A stretch of 64,000 nt of DNA from contig OZ076409.1 of the NCBI GenBank assembly GCA_964187785.1, positions 25,484,001 through 25,548,000 on the forward strand, given 5' to 3'. This DNA is from Amphiscolops sp. MND2022. Taxonomy: Eukaryota. Shown here one piece after another: positions 39,001 through 54,000 of the stretch. The position numbers and the translations under genes were made by a program. How positions within the stretch are numbered: position 1 is the first letter of the stretch; every line of letters starts with the position of its first letter. The notes under the pieces were generated by a model. That model was given only the letters and a program-made list of their open reading frames with translations. It was not told the origin of the DNA and searched no databases.

Positions 39001-42000
39001 AAATTGATTTTGTGTATTAGAAAACCGGAACGAGCCCATGTCAAAAATTGTCAACATATTTGTTTTTTTGAACAAATTTAACGATTTGGGTGGGAAGATC
39101 CAAGTTATTGAAAAATCAGCCACTTGTTCTACTTTTGCATTTGAGAAGAAAAAAACTCGCTCTTGAAAATTTGTGTAAAAGGAACCAATATTTCCAGTTT
39201 TGAGGACCATGGTATTTTGGTTGAGGCGTTAGGCCTGTGTTAGTGAGAATTCAGATTCGAATGCCTCTCAAATCAGCAAAATTGGATTCCTAATCTCTAG
39301 CTTAGTGGAAAGAACGAGCAATTGGTGGAGAAAACTAAATTGAAGATACAACAACGGCAGTCAAACTCTTGTGACCCAGAGCGAAATTGACAGCTTCAAG
39401 TCAGCCATCAGTTCAACGCGTGGCTATAACTATGGTGCTATAGCTTGCTCCAGTGAAATGGTATCGAGACGTGTACCAAATTCAATAGTCAGAAATGTTC
39501 CAAACGCGCACCTCGCGTATTTCGGAAATTGACTTTTTCTTCTTCATTCTCAAATTTAGACTGTTTTGACATTTGGATTGCATTTTTTTGAAAGCTTACG
39601 TGGGTTCTGGTATCCACACAGTTCAACAACAACACAATTGGTACTTAGTGTTCGATAGTGCATTGGCCACTCTTGAACCTCAAATTTATTTCGTTGCTAG
39701 AACAGTTTGGGACAGAAAATATCACACTGGTCAAGGGGCGTCTTGTTATAAAACTATAAAAATTATTAGGATTGTTTTAACACAAAATACGGCATATCGA
39801 ATACATTTGACCAACCGCAATTAGTCTCATTCAACCATGTATCAAGAACGGATGAGTCATCGAGGAACTGTGCGCATCTGTGGGCGTAGGCTGCGAAGGC
39901 AGAGCACCGGACGGACCGGAAGATGTCTCGGTCTACGTTGGTGTTGGGGCTGGTCATGGGGTAGGAACAGAAATCGTATTTGCACTGGTACCAGTAGTCC
40001 ACTGGCTCTAAGTGGCTGTGGCACTCTGCAAAGGGACCAGTGGAAGACATGAGGATGTTGCAGTGGTCATTGACTTGGGGTTCTCTAGAGAAACATATTC
40101 ATTTGTTAGTACATCACTAATTCAATATGCTTGAAATTTTTGCTTTTATATAGCATGGCTTTGTAAAATTCTAACAGAGACTCTCAAAATTGAATTTTTC
40201 CTCCTGCATTAAACTTTTACAACGATGGAAGATGCAGTGTAGTCCTAAAAACATTCCCATGCAAGCTTCTTAAATTTTCATTTATCTGTTTCAAAAAATC
40301 AGATTGCATGCATGCCTGCAACATGTAAAACTTTCTAGGATCGTCGTTAATTAAGTAATCAATTAGAGCATCTGATCACATTAAGGATATTCGCAGCATA
40401 TAATTTTTTTGTCCTGAATAGAAGCAAGTTTTTTCCAATCCGAGTAAGTATAAACGCTCACATTTCATAAAACGGGATCAAAGACATTTTTATTGTCAAT
40501 TGCCAGTTTTCAGATAATCTAATAAAAACATCCTGGGTTAACACTTTCTTAAACTGCATCAACCATAAGGACTCCTCAAACAACTCAAGTTCTAAGAATA
40601 ATGCACAATATACTTTGTATATAATTATATAACCAAATCTACCCACAGTATGAATACATGGTCGCATGGTGTTCTGACTGGGTTGTAGTCGCTGTTCGAC
40701 TGGGGGTTGTAGCAGTCGCAAGTTTCACCCACTGCCCAGTCACTGGCAAATGTGGCTATGTGTGCCTCCACCATCTGGTTGCGCAGTTTGAAGTCATCCG
40801 AGGGGTGGTTGTTGTAGTATCCACACAGACCAGAGACCTATAGATCCAATCACAGTTCAAACCATTTACTATTTACAAAAAGCATTCATTGTAATCTTTT
40901 TTCCTTACTTGTTTTCTTTTTTTTTCAGATGAACAAATGGTTTTTTGTAAAGGTATTTATTGCATCGATTGCATTCATTGATAGCAGTAATCGAAGTAGG
41001 GTTTCATTGTTTTTTCTGTGTGCTTTTGAAGTGCATTTTTGAGAGACATTTTCTCGTAATATATAAGAAGCATTTGAATCGGACGTTTTTATTCATTTTC
41101 CCACTACTGAAAAGTGACTTGAAATTTCTTTCACTTCTTTTGAACTGAATTCATTTGTAACTTCGAAACTAAAATTGAAATACAAAGAGACAACAACAAA
41201 GAGACGACTTAAAGTAAGCGTTTAGGGTTTTAATTTTAAGTTCTCGAAAAGGCCCACCAAATTGGCATAGAACGGGTTCAGATGAATGTAGATTTGAGAT
41301 ACTCGGTCGTAGAAAATTTTCACAGCTGAGTTTTCAACTATTGTGAACTCGGTTGAGGCTCGGTAAACATGAATTCCTTCGACGCTGAAACAAAAAACAC
41401 TTGCACTTATAATTAAAAAAAATCAAAGTGGAATCAAAAGCATTCAAGTTTCAAGGGCAGATTTTGTTTAGAGCCAGGAAATTTATGCTGGAAAATTAAA
41501 TCAACACGTTCACATAAAAACTTTGTCGATCTGAGAATATTCATAAATTGAATGAAACCTGTGGAAATATTCGTTTTCTGTGAATGGGATTCCGTTCACT
41601 GATACATCGTGTCCATTCAGCACAATTGTGTGGGGATTTCCTCCCAACACTCCTGCTAGTTTGATTTCCAGGGACTTGGTGCATCCGTATGGCACGTGGG
41701 GGTCCGCGCAATGTGTCTTCATTATGATCTCTATCTCTTTGTCAGTCGGCTCGAAAGTCTAAAACAGGTTCAGCTTTTCTGTAACCCTGGTGGACACCCG
41801 GATCCAAATTCATAAGTCTTCCATGAGATTCCATGCATGGAACCATATGGTTCCATACGATAATTTCATGCCGTTTCAATGCATGGAATCGCATGGAATC
41901 ATATGGTTCCATGCATGGAATCGTATGGAATCATATGGTTCCATGCATGGAATCGTATGGAATCATATGGTTCCAAGCATGGAATCGCATGGAATTATAT

Positions 42001-45000
42001 AATTGTAGGCATGAAATCGGATTGAATCATATGGAAAACGAAGGAACCCACTGTAATGACATCTGAAAATATCGAAAACATTAAAAAACATCTAAAATTA
42101 CAGGAAGAACCACTAAAATAACATCTAAAATTACTGAAAGAACCACTGGAACAAGATTTGAGAACAAAACGATATCACAGCAGAAAATGTCAGACTCGGT
42201 TCCAAACTGCAAACATAGTTTGCAGAAGCTGAAAACCCAAGTCCTTATGCCTAACAGTTTGGAAGCACTCCAATTTTCCAGTTTTATTGTATCGTTTTCC
42301 GTTTTACAGTTCGAATCAAATCAAATCCAGTCGTTTTCCAGTTGTTTCCGGAAAGTGACACGCAAGTAGAACGAAAATTTGTATTTTCGAGAATTTCGAA
42401 TTTTTGCTTTTCGTTCCATACCTCTCTATGCATGGAATCATATGGTTCCATGCACTTCCATGTATGGAATCATAGGATTCCATGCGTGGGATTGCATGGA
42501 AGGTCTGTAGGTCATGGTTCCATGCATGGAATCGTATGGAATCATACGGATCATATGCTTCCATGCATGGAATTGCATGGAAGCCTTATGAATTTGGATC
42601 CGGGCATGTAAACCAAACTCCATTGGTTCCAGGATCCTTTTGTGGCTTTCTTTGTTCAGGATTGGCTGAACTGGATCGGCTTTTTTCGAATGATTGAGTA
42701 AGTAGATGAGTCAAATTTAAAAAGTGAATGAGTGTGAAAAATCCAGGTACCAACCGAAATTGCTTATGACGTCTCAGGAACGACGTTAAGAAACAAAGAA
42801 AAACAAGTCCAAATGGCCTTGTGATTTAGAGCTGTTACGTCCGGATGACAAGCATTTTGTTACTCAGTTATAAAGTAACCGGTATCTTGGGACAATTAGG
42901 CTCAGAAGGATGAAAACGCACTAGTAAACTAGATATGATGAGAATTAGCTTTGTATACGTTCTAGTAAAAGCTACTTTTTCTTTTAAACAATCTTCTCAT
43001 TTTACTAAGGGAACATGAGAATACGACAGACCTAGGCTATCACGTCAATTACAATGCCAATTGCTTATTCCATGAGGTATTCGTCCTTTCTGTCCGTAGA
43101 TTCAAATAATTCAACTTTTGAGTGGACTTATTTGGGATATCTCACCTGAACTAATACATAGTCACATGTCCCAGGGTACTGGTAGGTTAGCCCATCGAAT
43201 GTCTTGAAGTGGGAATGACCTCTGACCTCACAGACTGAGTGACAGATGTAGTCAGTGCAGTTCCAATAACCGCCCATGCACACACTGAGCACAAAAAAAA
43301 ATGTTTTTGTTTCAATGAAATAAAATCTTTTTTGGGTTGTTATTAAAAATACAAATCTCTCAATTTTGCACAAAATAGCAGTTTTAGAACAGGAATGATA
43401 GAAGTAAAAAAACTTCAAGTCTTCAGGTTAAATGATTAGATAACCCGATAGCTACTTTTTTCAACCCACTGTTACTGTTTCTGAAAAAACCAGCGAAAAA
43501 CAAATATTGAAACAAAAGTTGTATTGAAAAGATTTATGACAGTGGTTTTATTTATATTTCGTACTATCTTCTTACAAAATTTCCAGAATTCTAAAGATTA
43601 AAATACGCTGATGATGATTGACCCCAAATTTCTTTCCCAAATTTCTTTCCCCAAATTTCTTTCCCTCCAATTCAATTACATGAGAAAAATAACACGGTCA
43701 TTTTGAACGAATTATGCATCAATACAAGAACTCAACACTTGTAATATACTTAATACTCGGAAAAATTCGATTCATAAAATGAAGTTTTTTCCATGCGTTT
43801 GTATTTTGCTCACTTAGGCTTTAAAATAACTGAAAAATAATAAAAATAAAAGTTTCGAACCAGGTGTTACAGTCCACTTGAATGGTATCATTTGTGACGT
43901 AAGACTGCTGGTCGTAGCTGCATGAACACATTCCTTCGTCCACACAGTTGCCATTGTAATCCAGGAACTTGCCCTCAGGGCAGAAACATCCAGGGTTGCA
44001 TTCAAGGGTACACACTTCTGGGGGGCTGTGTAGGTTCATACAGGTGGGTACGCATGAAGGACCACAATCGAGGTATTCGAAACCCACGGGACACGATTTA
44101 GCTGAAATTTCAAAAAGGGGTAATTTATAATAAAACTGCAGATTTGAATGAAATTCCAGTTTGGAGCTCGATTCAGAAGCTTGTATCTTGAGCGCAAAAA
44201 CTGGGACATTACTATAATTGAAACTAAACCTTTTGGTCAAGTTTCACTACTTTTCCAAATTCTCATCACAAGAGAAAATTATCAGTTTTCTCTGTTCTAT
44301 GTTAATATCGTATCTTTAAAAAAGGTAAATTTAATTGTAACATTCTTCAAAATTACAGAAGAGAGTGTCGTTAAGACAGAAGAGAACGCGATGAAGACGG
44401 ACAAGTTGTTTCGTGGATCTTTCAAATCGAACCAAAAATCTTTTCCGCAAAACTTCGAGTTTTTTAAAAAGTTTTATGTTGATGGTTAAAAAAACCTTTT
44501 AGCGCCTAGTGGGACTTTTCTATTAAATGTTTTCGTAAGCAGCCTTTAGCATATTTAAAAGACATTTTACCCGCTTTTTACCACTTTCCAATAACTTGTT
44601 TTACTCACGGCAGAAATGTTGATTCCTCCAGGAGTGAATGAAGTGGCCCACTTCCGAGCAGGAGAGCGCGAATGTCTGGAACGTGTTGCACACGGCCCCT
44701 TCCACGTTGTGGCCTCTGTCCACTGCCAGACAGTACTGGTAGATGCAGTTGGCCACCGTCTGCATTGCGCAATAGCTACTCTGCAACAAACACACACAAA
44801 ATTGCGCTATTGCAACAAGGGTGGGATAACATAGACATCGGAGTGATGTTTTGGCATTTTAAGGTTCTGAAATTCATCATTTTGATTTTCTACTTTCAAA
44901 AGTGTAATTTGGCTGATGTTTTTCTTAATATAAATTTTCATTACATTAAAATGGACGCGAGAATGCTGGAAACCAGTGTTAGTGATAATAAATATTCTCG

Positions 45001-48000
45001 ATTGATGTTACTTAATAGCAGTAATTTTCCTGCCTAATCGGATTCTTTTTCGGCATTTTGACCGAATCGGTTAGAACTCTCATCAGGAGCTCATTTGCTG
45101 TCCTAATTGGAACTTCTCATCATTTTGTGAATAAACATTTTGTGTATAAATTTTGATAAACCCTATAGAATAATATTTCCATTCTTTTTGTACCTTTTCC
45201 TTCTTCCAGTTTGCTTTCCTTCTCTCTCTGAGATTGAAATGGGGCAGCAAAATGAAAATTAAATAAAAAACTTTAAATAAAATGAAATATTGTTGAATGG
45301 TTCCGCAGGAATATTGAATGCTACTTATAATGGAACTTACTGAGTTGGCGCACTCATCGAAGGGACACAGAAGAGCCTGGGCGCAGATGTCCATGGCAAG
45401 ATTTCTGTCTGTCTCGCTCACAGACAAACACGGGTGGCTACTCGGCTGAGTTGGGGGGCAATGCGGCTGAAAATAGTTATGATGAGGTTTCATCATCTCC
45501 CAAACTTCGAATCTACATTGGTCAAAAAGATTAACACCAAAATGTGATGAGGTGGTTAAAAAAAGATGATTAAGAAAAAGAAATTATATATCAAGTGATC
45601 TGTTGAAAAAAGATGCTCAACGTTTTGAAAATTGGAAGTGATCTTTTTAGACAACTAATATTTGAACATATAGTTTTTGCAATTTGAATCTAGAGAACAA
45701 TGCGAAAAAAAAACTATTTTTGACTAGGGGAAAATAGCCTTTCGAAAAGGGGTCGAAATATCTAAAGTTCCAGAATACTTGATTCAAACTTAAATTTTAG
45801 TTTGAAAACCAGTCCCAACAACAGATGCCATTTGACTGGAAAACTTAAATTATATTCTTGTTTTAACAGTAAAAAATTTTTGCAAGTTTGGCATTGAGGC
45901 TTTGTTTACCTTTCGCCCAAATTTCATTTATGGGAAACAAAATTATTTATTCCATCAAGCGTTTTTTCCAAAGTTTTTCCAAACAGATTGAGATTCGAAC
46001 AACGATTTTCTTTCAATAGAAAAATCAAATAACCAAAAAATTGTGAAAAATTTCCTTATCGAAAAAAATCAAACTGCCGAAAACACAAATTGGGACCTTT
46101 CAGATTCGCAAAACGTTTTCGAATGATCAAAAACGTCGAAAGACTTTGGAGACCTTTGGTGAAATAAAAGTCATTTTCGAGAAAGTTTAGCTTTGCAAAC
46201 ATAACAAAAACGTTAATACTGCGCGGGACACAAATCCACGACCTGATGTCTGTTATTCTGTGACACAAATCTACTAAACCCAGTGCTAATTACTTAAACT
46301 GTTTCAGAAGCAAAACTAAATTTGTCACCGCATCGCCTGTCCGAAAACAAAAGTCACAACTAGAGTTGATTATTGCTTACAGAAAGAGCCGACTGAAAAA
46401 TGGGTTGTTAATGGGAAAGATAACAGTAAGTAATTTTTCCATAACTCTATATCAGTTTTGCACCTTTTAGAATGTTTTCGTCAGTTTAAAAATACAAAGA
46501 GCTGAACTGCTGAAAGCTTGAGTATTGAGTATTCAAAGTATTGGGTTGGATCTCATTTGCTCTGACTTGAAGCTCGCTGGATTAGAGAAAAGGGGAAGTA
46601 CATGTAAAGGGCGAGTCTCAGCGAGCCGAGCGCCAAATAAAAATTACCTGACGTGTGATTCTTAAAAGTGTTTTGCGGCTTTGTACAAGCTTTAACTGAA
46701 AAATGAAGAATTCGCATCCGTGGTGAAAAACTTTTTTGACATATGATGAATTGATTTTTTTTCAAGTACGCTTCAAAGATCTTCTAGAAAGGAGTGATGG
46801 AGAACAATTCCCCAGTGCATTTGATGATTGATAATGCTGAGGCAGACTTCGTGGTATTGATGAATGAGTGCAAAAAGAGCTTTGTTTGTGGTAAAAACAG
46901 TCGTGGAAGGCTGCTTTAAAAACACTTTAGGTTACAGTAATTGCTTCAAGAAACTGGTTTTCTTTACTTCCGGTTTGGAATGCCGGATCAATCTAGGCGC
47001 TAAGTTCGAGGTTGAAGTCTTGATGATTTCAAGAGTTCTCTTCGTCCCACTTCAGTGTCTTTTACACGTTTTGACAAGAACTTTTTCGCTCTCTTTGGAA
47101 TGTCTTTGAAGTCTTTCTCCCAATTACCTCATCGTCGTCTCGGAAAACGCTTCAGAAGTTCAGATGTAGCGTGCTGAGACAAATGCGAGTGCTTTTAGTT
47201 GATACTACGCCTTCTCTTCAGTAAAAAGCAAATTACTTTGGTATAACGTCAAAAGTTCGAATATAGCGTTCTGGGACAAACGGGAGTGCTTTTTTCGAAC
47301 CCAGCCTCCGAAAAAAATGATAATTGAGAATTTTGAACAGTCTGCTAGAGCCGAAAAGTCTAAAACGGGGACCAGTTGAGATTTTTTAGCATCCACTCTG
47401 TTGCAAAGTATCAAAAACAGTTGAAGGGGGACCCTTTGGAGACATTAAAGAAATTTGCGGAAAAGAGTCTCAAAGCCGAAATAACATGCACAAAAAAATT
47501 TGGTCAACGGTGAGACTCGAACCCACCTCTTGCTTGACAGACCTCAAAAAATCCTAATTAACCTCTATACCAAGTGGCAGTAGAAGATACAAGTTTAGTG
47601 TGGCAGTACAAGCAACAACTTATAAAACCTATGAAATCTGTCAGTTCGTTGCTCTTAAAAAAAAACAAGTCGTGAGCGGAACAATTAACGGAAATTTTTT
47701 AGAGAAAAGTCTCACAAACCGAAAAGAGGGAGTCTCATAGTGCCGAAAAAAGTGGAAAGGAGGGACCATTCTGCTTTGGAATAATTTTGTTTATCGTGTT
47801 AGAGGCTTTAAAATGCCTGAAGATGCGTTCAAAGTCAAGTACTAATTCCTTTTGGTAAAAGTGCACATAAGGTGCACAAAAAGTGGACCATTCAAAGTGA
47901 CACTGACAAAAAACTAGTCACTGTAATAGCCGGGCTTTTTTCCTTAAGTGAAAAGGCACCGACTATAAAAAGTCCCAACTTGCAAAAAAAACATTACTTT

Positions 48001-51000
48001 TTAAATTCAATTTTGGCAACTATCCATTGACAAGTTCAAATATCTCCACAAATATCTGTTTTGCAACTAAATTTTATTGAGTGACTTCTTGGAAAGTTAT
48101 ATATAGGAAAAACAACGAATCTCGGAAGTTAATTTTCAACTTCCCATAAATGAAACATGGGCGGAAAACAATAAAAATTGAGCTCACAGTGACTTGCTTG
48201 TTCCTCCAGCTGTTGCCGAACTCTCCCTCGTATGACGCCATTTGGTTATAGGGAGTGAGGAAGTCGTTCGTGTGATCATTGTCCAAGTTGCCACAAAGAC
48301 CGCCCACCTTGGAGCACAAATCTGGCCTCTCAAAAACGTCCAGAGTCACGAAAATTATGTCATCCTGGAAGAAAAGTCAAATTAAGGACGAAATTGAAAG
48401 GCACAAGGAATCTCATATTCGACTAAGGTTTGAAACAAAAGAACCCCTAGCTTTTACAATGTTTTTGTTTCATAGAAAGTTTAGTCTATGCTATCTCCAA
48501 GTGATTCAAAACTATTTCATTTCGATCATTGAAAATGGTAACACTGTAGCTCACAAAACTTATGATGAACATCATAAAAAGGTAGATGAAATTCTGTGAA
48601 ACCTTTGCTTTCACAAAAAACGGTCTTTTTCAGTTGCTCGAAGACAATTTTACTTTGAAAGCTACCATAATCAATCAAAGCACTACAATTGCTTGTCACC
48701 CAAGCAGGTTTTCTGAGTTAAAAATACGTAAATGTTGGAACTGTCTGTTCTGCTATTTTAACGCCCAAATTTGGTCATTTGGAAGTAGAAGAATTAGAAG
48801 AATATTGTTTTTAAAAATTGAACATATCCCGATAAAATGTTAACATGATGTAGTTGGAAATAATCAGGCTTCAAATTATTTTTGAGTTTGACAAAGTTCA
48901 AATTTCTTTGTCCAATGATCTGAAATATCTGGAATATGCATAATAGAATTGTAGAACAACGTGAATTTCATAAAGTCAAAAGCCTAATAATTGTACAAAT
49001 TTTTAGAAGGATTTGGGCGTGGGGCCGTTTTGATGGTATCTCCACCTATGACTCATATTTATAAGGGTTAAAAACCAACCGGGCTCCATTTGATCTGCAG
49101 TCCAAGGATCTCCATGTTGAAGTACATGAAGGTGCCTCTCCTGGACACTTGACCCCCTGTTCTGAAGATGTACTCTGTTCTGCTCGGAGTGTGGGTGAAG
49201 TCTGCCTCGAAGAATTTATCCCCGTACATATACACGATGACGTAATAGCCTTGCATGCGCATCTCTATGCCATCGTACATGTTAATGATAATTCTCTGGA
49301 AACAAAACTCCCATTTCAGACAATAAACCCAGAAAAGGAGAGATAATTTTGCGACATAAATTCACCCAATTTTTAGAATTTTGACGTCCCATTTCTACCA
49401 TTTGCAATTAAAAAAATCAATCCTATCAAAAAATTGAAATTTCATTTTTCCTTCCACATACCCATGTCAGAGACACATATTTTTGTAATTCAGATGGACA
49501 GAATAGGTTCTTTTGAAAAATGCATCGGTTATATAGGGCGAACATTGGAAAAAAGCGCTAAAACCATAAGTTTGAACTTTTTACATTTATGAGGCTGCAA
49601 ATTTAACAAGCTGATTTCAAGTCAAGATCAAGTACATGGAAAAAAACGATTCTTCAAAGACAGAAGAGATTATTATTTCTTTGATTCATTGCCTTTAAGT
49701 AAATTGTTTTTCTTTCTTTTTTAGATGGACATTTGTTTCTGTTACCGTTTAACAAGTCGGACACGGCCCAAGTCGGCGCCCCGTTCAAGAGTTCAAAACA
49801 GTAATGTTTTTAAGTATGCAAAAGGATAATATATTTGTGCTACAAAATACTCGAAGGGATACGCATAAGACTAAGAAACCACTTTTTCCCCAACTGGAAG
49901 CAACAAAAAACATCTTTTGCAACAAAAACAAAAGCAAGAAAAAAATCTAACTTTTATCTTTCGGAATGTGACATGAATACAGTTGAAGGTCAATAAAAAC
50001 GCAATGTTACATAATTCTTACTTACTCTACGACCTTTTATGTTAATTACATAACATACCTGCTAGTAACTTTAATGTCATCTGTAGTACGATATAGTGGA
50101 CACTATAACTTAATCTTACGTACAATACAGTATTACATTCCCAAACTTTTTATTCCATTGGTATACAACATGGCGCAGTCAGAATGAGTCAAAAGAACGA
50201 AAACAACTCCGCGGAATCCAATAGCAGAAACTCTTCAAGTGAAGAATCTGGAGACAAAAAAGGACGGACAACAACACACCAAAAAATAACACTACCAATA
50301 TTCGAGAAGAAAACCATACAAGAAGCGAAGCTATGGTGGCGACGATTTACTCAGTATGTCAAAATGACCCAGAAAATAGACTTGAATACAATGACAACAG
50401 ACTTCCAATATTGGAAGAATATCGAGAAGAACTGGAGATAAAAATAAAAGACATTTTTATCTGGGCATTGGGAGAAGAAGCCGTTACAGAAATGACAAAA
50501 ACGGTGAGAGACAACGACCCAAACAAAATGAACATCAACCAACTCTACATATTATTCCGCCTCCACTTCATACCAGAAAGAAACAAATTCCACAGCCGGG
50601 CAGATTTTTTCGGAATAACGAGAGAACCGAATGAGACGGCTGAAGACGTTTGGACACGAATATTGCAGACCGAGAAAAACTGCGAATTTGACAACGTTAC
50701 CCCAGCCGAACTTATTGCATCAAAATTCCTATCTTTAATCGGGAGATCAACGGGAGACTACGAACTCAAAAAGAAAATCCGGAAAAGTAACATGACCATT
50801 GAAACGATAACCGATCTGATACATGAATATATGTATGACCGGTTAAACGACTCAAACAATTCCAATGACGGAGGGAACATAAAACATGTACAAGAAAGGC
50901 CGAAAAAAAGAAAATGGTCAGAGAAGACCAGTTACGACAAAAACAAAAAACGACCGGAGTATCAAAAACCAAGATACAAAGATAACCGGTGCGGACAATG

Positions 51001-54000
51001 CGGAGCACCTAACTGGTCCAGACAACACATATGCCCAACCAAATCGGTAGATTGCCGAAATTGTAAAAAGAGGGGGCATTACGAAAAAATGTGTAGACTT
51101 CCGAAAAGAATACAACATGTGGATAAAGTATCATCATCAGCAGAAGAAGACAACTGGGACTACAATAAAATACAAAGAATAAACAACAACAAAAAGAACG
51201 GAGAGTACCTACACGCAACACTATTGGTTAACAACGCACCAATAAAATTTTTAATAGACAGCGGGTCCCCAGTAACTTTGATACCACAACGCTTATTTAA
51301 CAAAATTACTGAAGTGGAAGAACTCAAAACCAATTACAAAGACGTAAACGACAACAAAATTGATTTCCTGGGACAAACAAAAGCACTGGTGAAAACCAAC
51401 AGTACAACACTTCAGCTGCCACTATTAATCACTAAAACAAACATTACACCGTTAATGGGACTAGATTGGATGAAACGGCTTGGAATAACAGTAAACACAA
51501 CAACCGACGATATCAAAAAACACAACATCAAAATGGACGAAAACCGAAAAGATCCTCAAACTGAAGAACGAATTTAAAGATCTGTTTTACAACAACACGG
51601 AAATAAAAGACTTGAAAGTAAAAATCGACCTGAAAGAAGACGCAAAAATAATACAACAAAAGGGAAGACCAGTACCAATTCACCTTCAAAATCAAGTAGC
51701 GGAAGCAATAAAAAGACTAATCAAAAACGGATACTTGGAAAGGGCCACAGAAATAACCGAAGATTGTTTCGTGAGCCCGGCAGTCATCACGGTGAAGAAA
51801 GACAAATCAATAAAAATTCCACTGGATTCAAGAAAATTAAACGAAGCAACAATTAAAAAGAAAGCACAAATGCCGAACATGGAAGAGCTAATATCCAGAA
51901 TATCACGGAAGATATCGGAAGAACAAGAAGGAGAAATATGGATAACAAAACTATATTTCGACTATGCTTACGGTCAAATCAAATTGAACGAAAATACAAA
52001 AAATCTATGTGTTTTCACCGTTACAGGCGGAGAATTTACGGGATACTACCGTTTCTTGAAAGGCTTTTACGGACTGGCGGACATCCCAACAATTTTCCAG
52101 GAACGGATAGACAGAACACTGGAATTCAAACACCCCGCTTGGCTAGATGACATCATAATTGTAACCAAAGGAACAATAGAGAAACAGGAGTCGGAAGTAA
52201 AAGAAACAATGAAAAAATTAGACGAAGCAGGATATAGACTACACCCAAAAAAATGCAAAATTTTCAAGAAAGAGGCTGAATGGGTGGGACACCAAATAAA
52301 CCAAGACGGCATCAGACCACTACAAGACAAATTGAAAGCAATAACAAAAATAAACATACCAAAAAACGAAAAAGAACTAAAATCCTTCCTGGGAGCAATA
52401 CAATATCTGTCAAAATACATCAAAATTCTATCAGCACAGACAGATATACTCAGAAAACTACTGAAAAAACAAAACGAATGGATCTGGACAAAAGAACACA
52501 CAGAAGCGTTCAACAATTTAAAGAAATTAATCACCCAATTGCCATGTATAGCGCACTACAACTCGAATAAAGAAAATATCCTAACAACCGACGCAAGTAC
52601 AAAGGGACTAGGCGCGACACTGTGGCAAAAACAAAAACATGGAAATCTGAAACCGGTTGGCTTTGCAAGCAGATTTTTATCGGACACCGAAAAAAAAATA
52701 TGCGATAAACGAGCTAGAGCTACTAGCAGTAGTGTGGGGACTGGAGCATTTTCGCTTATATGTTTATGGAAAACCAATTGAGTTACAAACCGATCACCAA
52801 GCACTGGAACCACTAATTAAACGAAACAGATCAAATAAAACTTATAGCGCTAGATTAACAAGATGATTGGATCGATTAGCACACTTTGATATAAACATAA
52901 AGCACATTGCTGGCAAGCATCTGAAATTGACGGATTATTTGAGTAGAAACCCGATTTCAAAGCCGGAGCCAATTGAGAATTACGACGAAGAATACGTAAT
53001 TAATTGCGTAATACCCTTACTGGAGTTCATTAACACACACGGTAGCATCACCGACGAAAGGAAAGTAGAAGCACAAACGGACGAAGTAGCAGCGTCAGCA
53101 AACAACCAATCACAAACAAGAAGCGTGAACAAAATACAGCTCAGCGAGTACAAACAAGACAAACAGTGGTCATTGAAATCTTCAAAAAGCAAAGTACGTT
53201 CAAATACAACTGACACAAACCAAACCGTACAAAACAGAATGGATATTAAAACAATCGAATCTATCGAAAAGGACGACCCATCGGAAGAAACACTGAGATT
53301 AACAACAAGATGGAAGGAGATAACAAAACCAGGCGACTACAGATTCACGCAGGGACAATGGAAAAAATACAACCCATCCAGAGCACTGCGGGCAGAACAG
53401 AAACGAATCGAAGTTGAGCTGTGGCAGAAAAGAAACAGATTGTTATGGAAACGAATGGAAAATAACAGCAGAGAGACAGAAGAACTAGAGAGAAAAAGAG
53501 AATTCCATAGAGTTATCGAAAAAATCAGAGCGAAGCCAAAAAGGGACGACACCGGGACAAGCAGTAACACACAACAACCACAAGAACAAGACGAAATAGA
53601 AACAATGTCATCGGACTCCGACCAAACAATCGCTGTACCGGCGATCAACTTCAAGAGATACCTGGGGGCGACCAGTGTACGATATATACAAATGGGAACG
53701 GCGAGCAAAGTGCAATACAACGAAGAATGGGACTTGGAAGAAACCATTCGTCAGGCCGAACAAAAAGTTTCAACCGATTTAAGAACAATCGCAGACGAAA
53801 CAACAAACGACGAAAAATTAATCAAAACACTGGTATGCCTGGAGAGGAGCAGTTACGAACAAATACCAGACAAATACAAGGAACACCATAAACATGTCGA
53901 CACGATTTGGAGTAGTGTTCTATAATGACAAAATAGTAATCCTGAAGCCACTACGAAAAACAGTCATCTTATTACTACACAAAGGCCACCCCGCCATCAA

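Noticed and set aside
41820..42000. CRISPR-like regular repeats / repetitive ORFs
   Set aside because: Contiguous 32-bp tandem units with no unique spacers, inside a TIR element; eukaryotic context and no cas genes.
43621..43666. CCCAAATTTCTTT x3
   Set aside because: Ordinary short slippage repeat.
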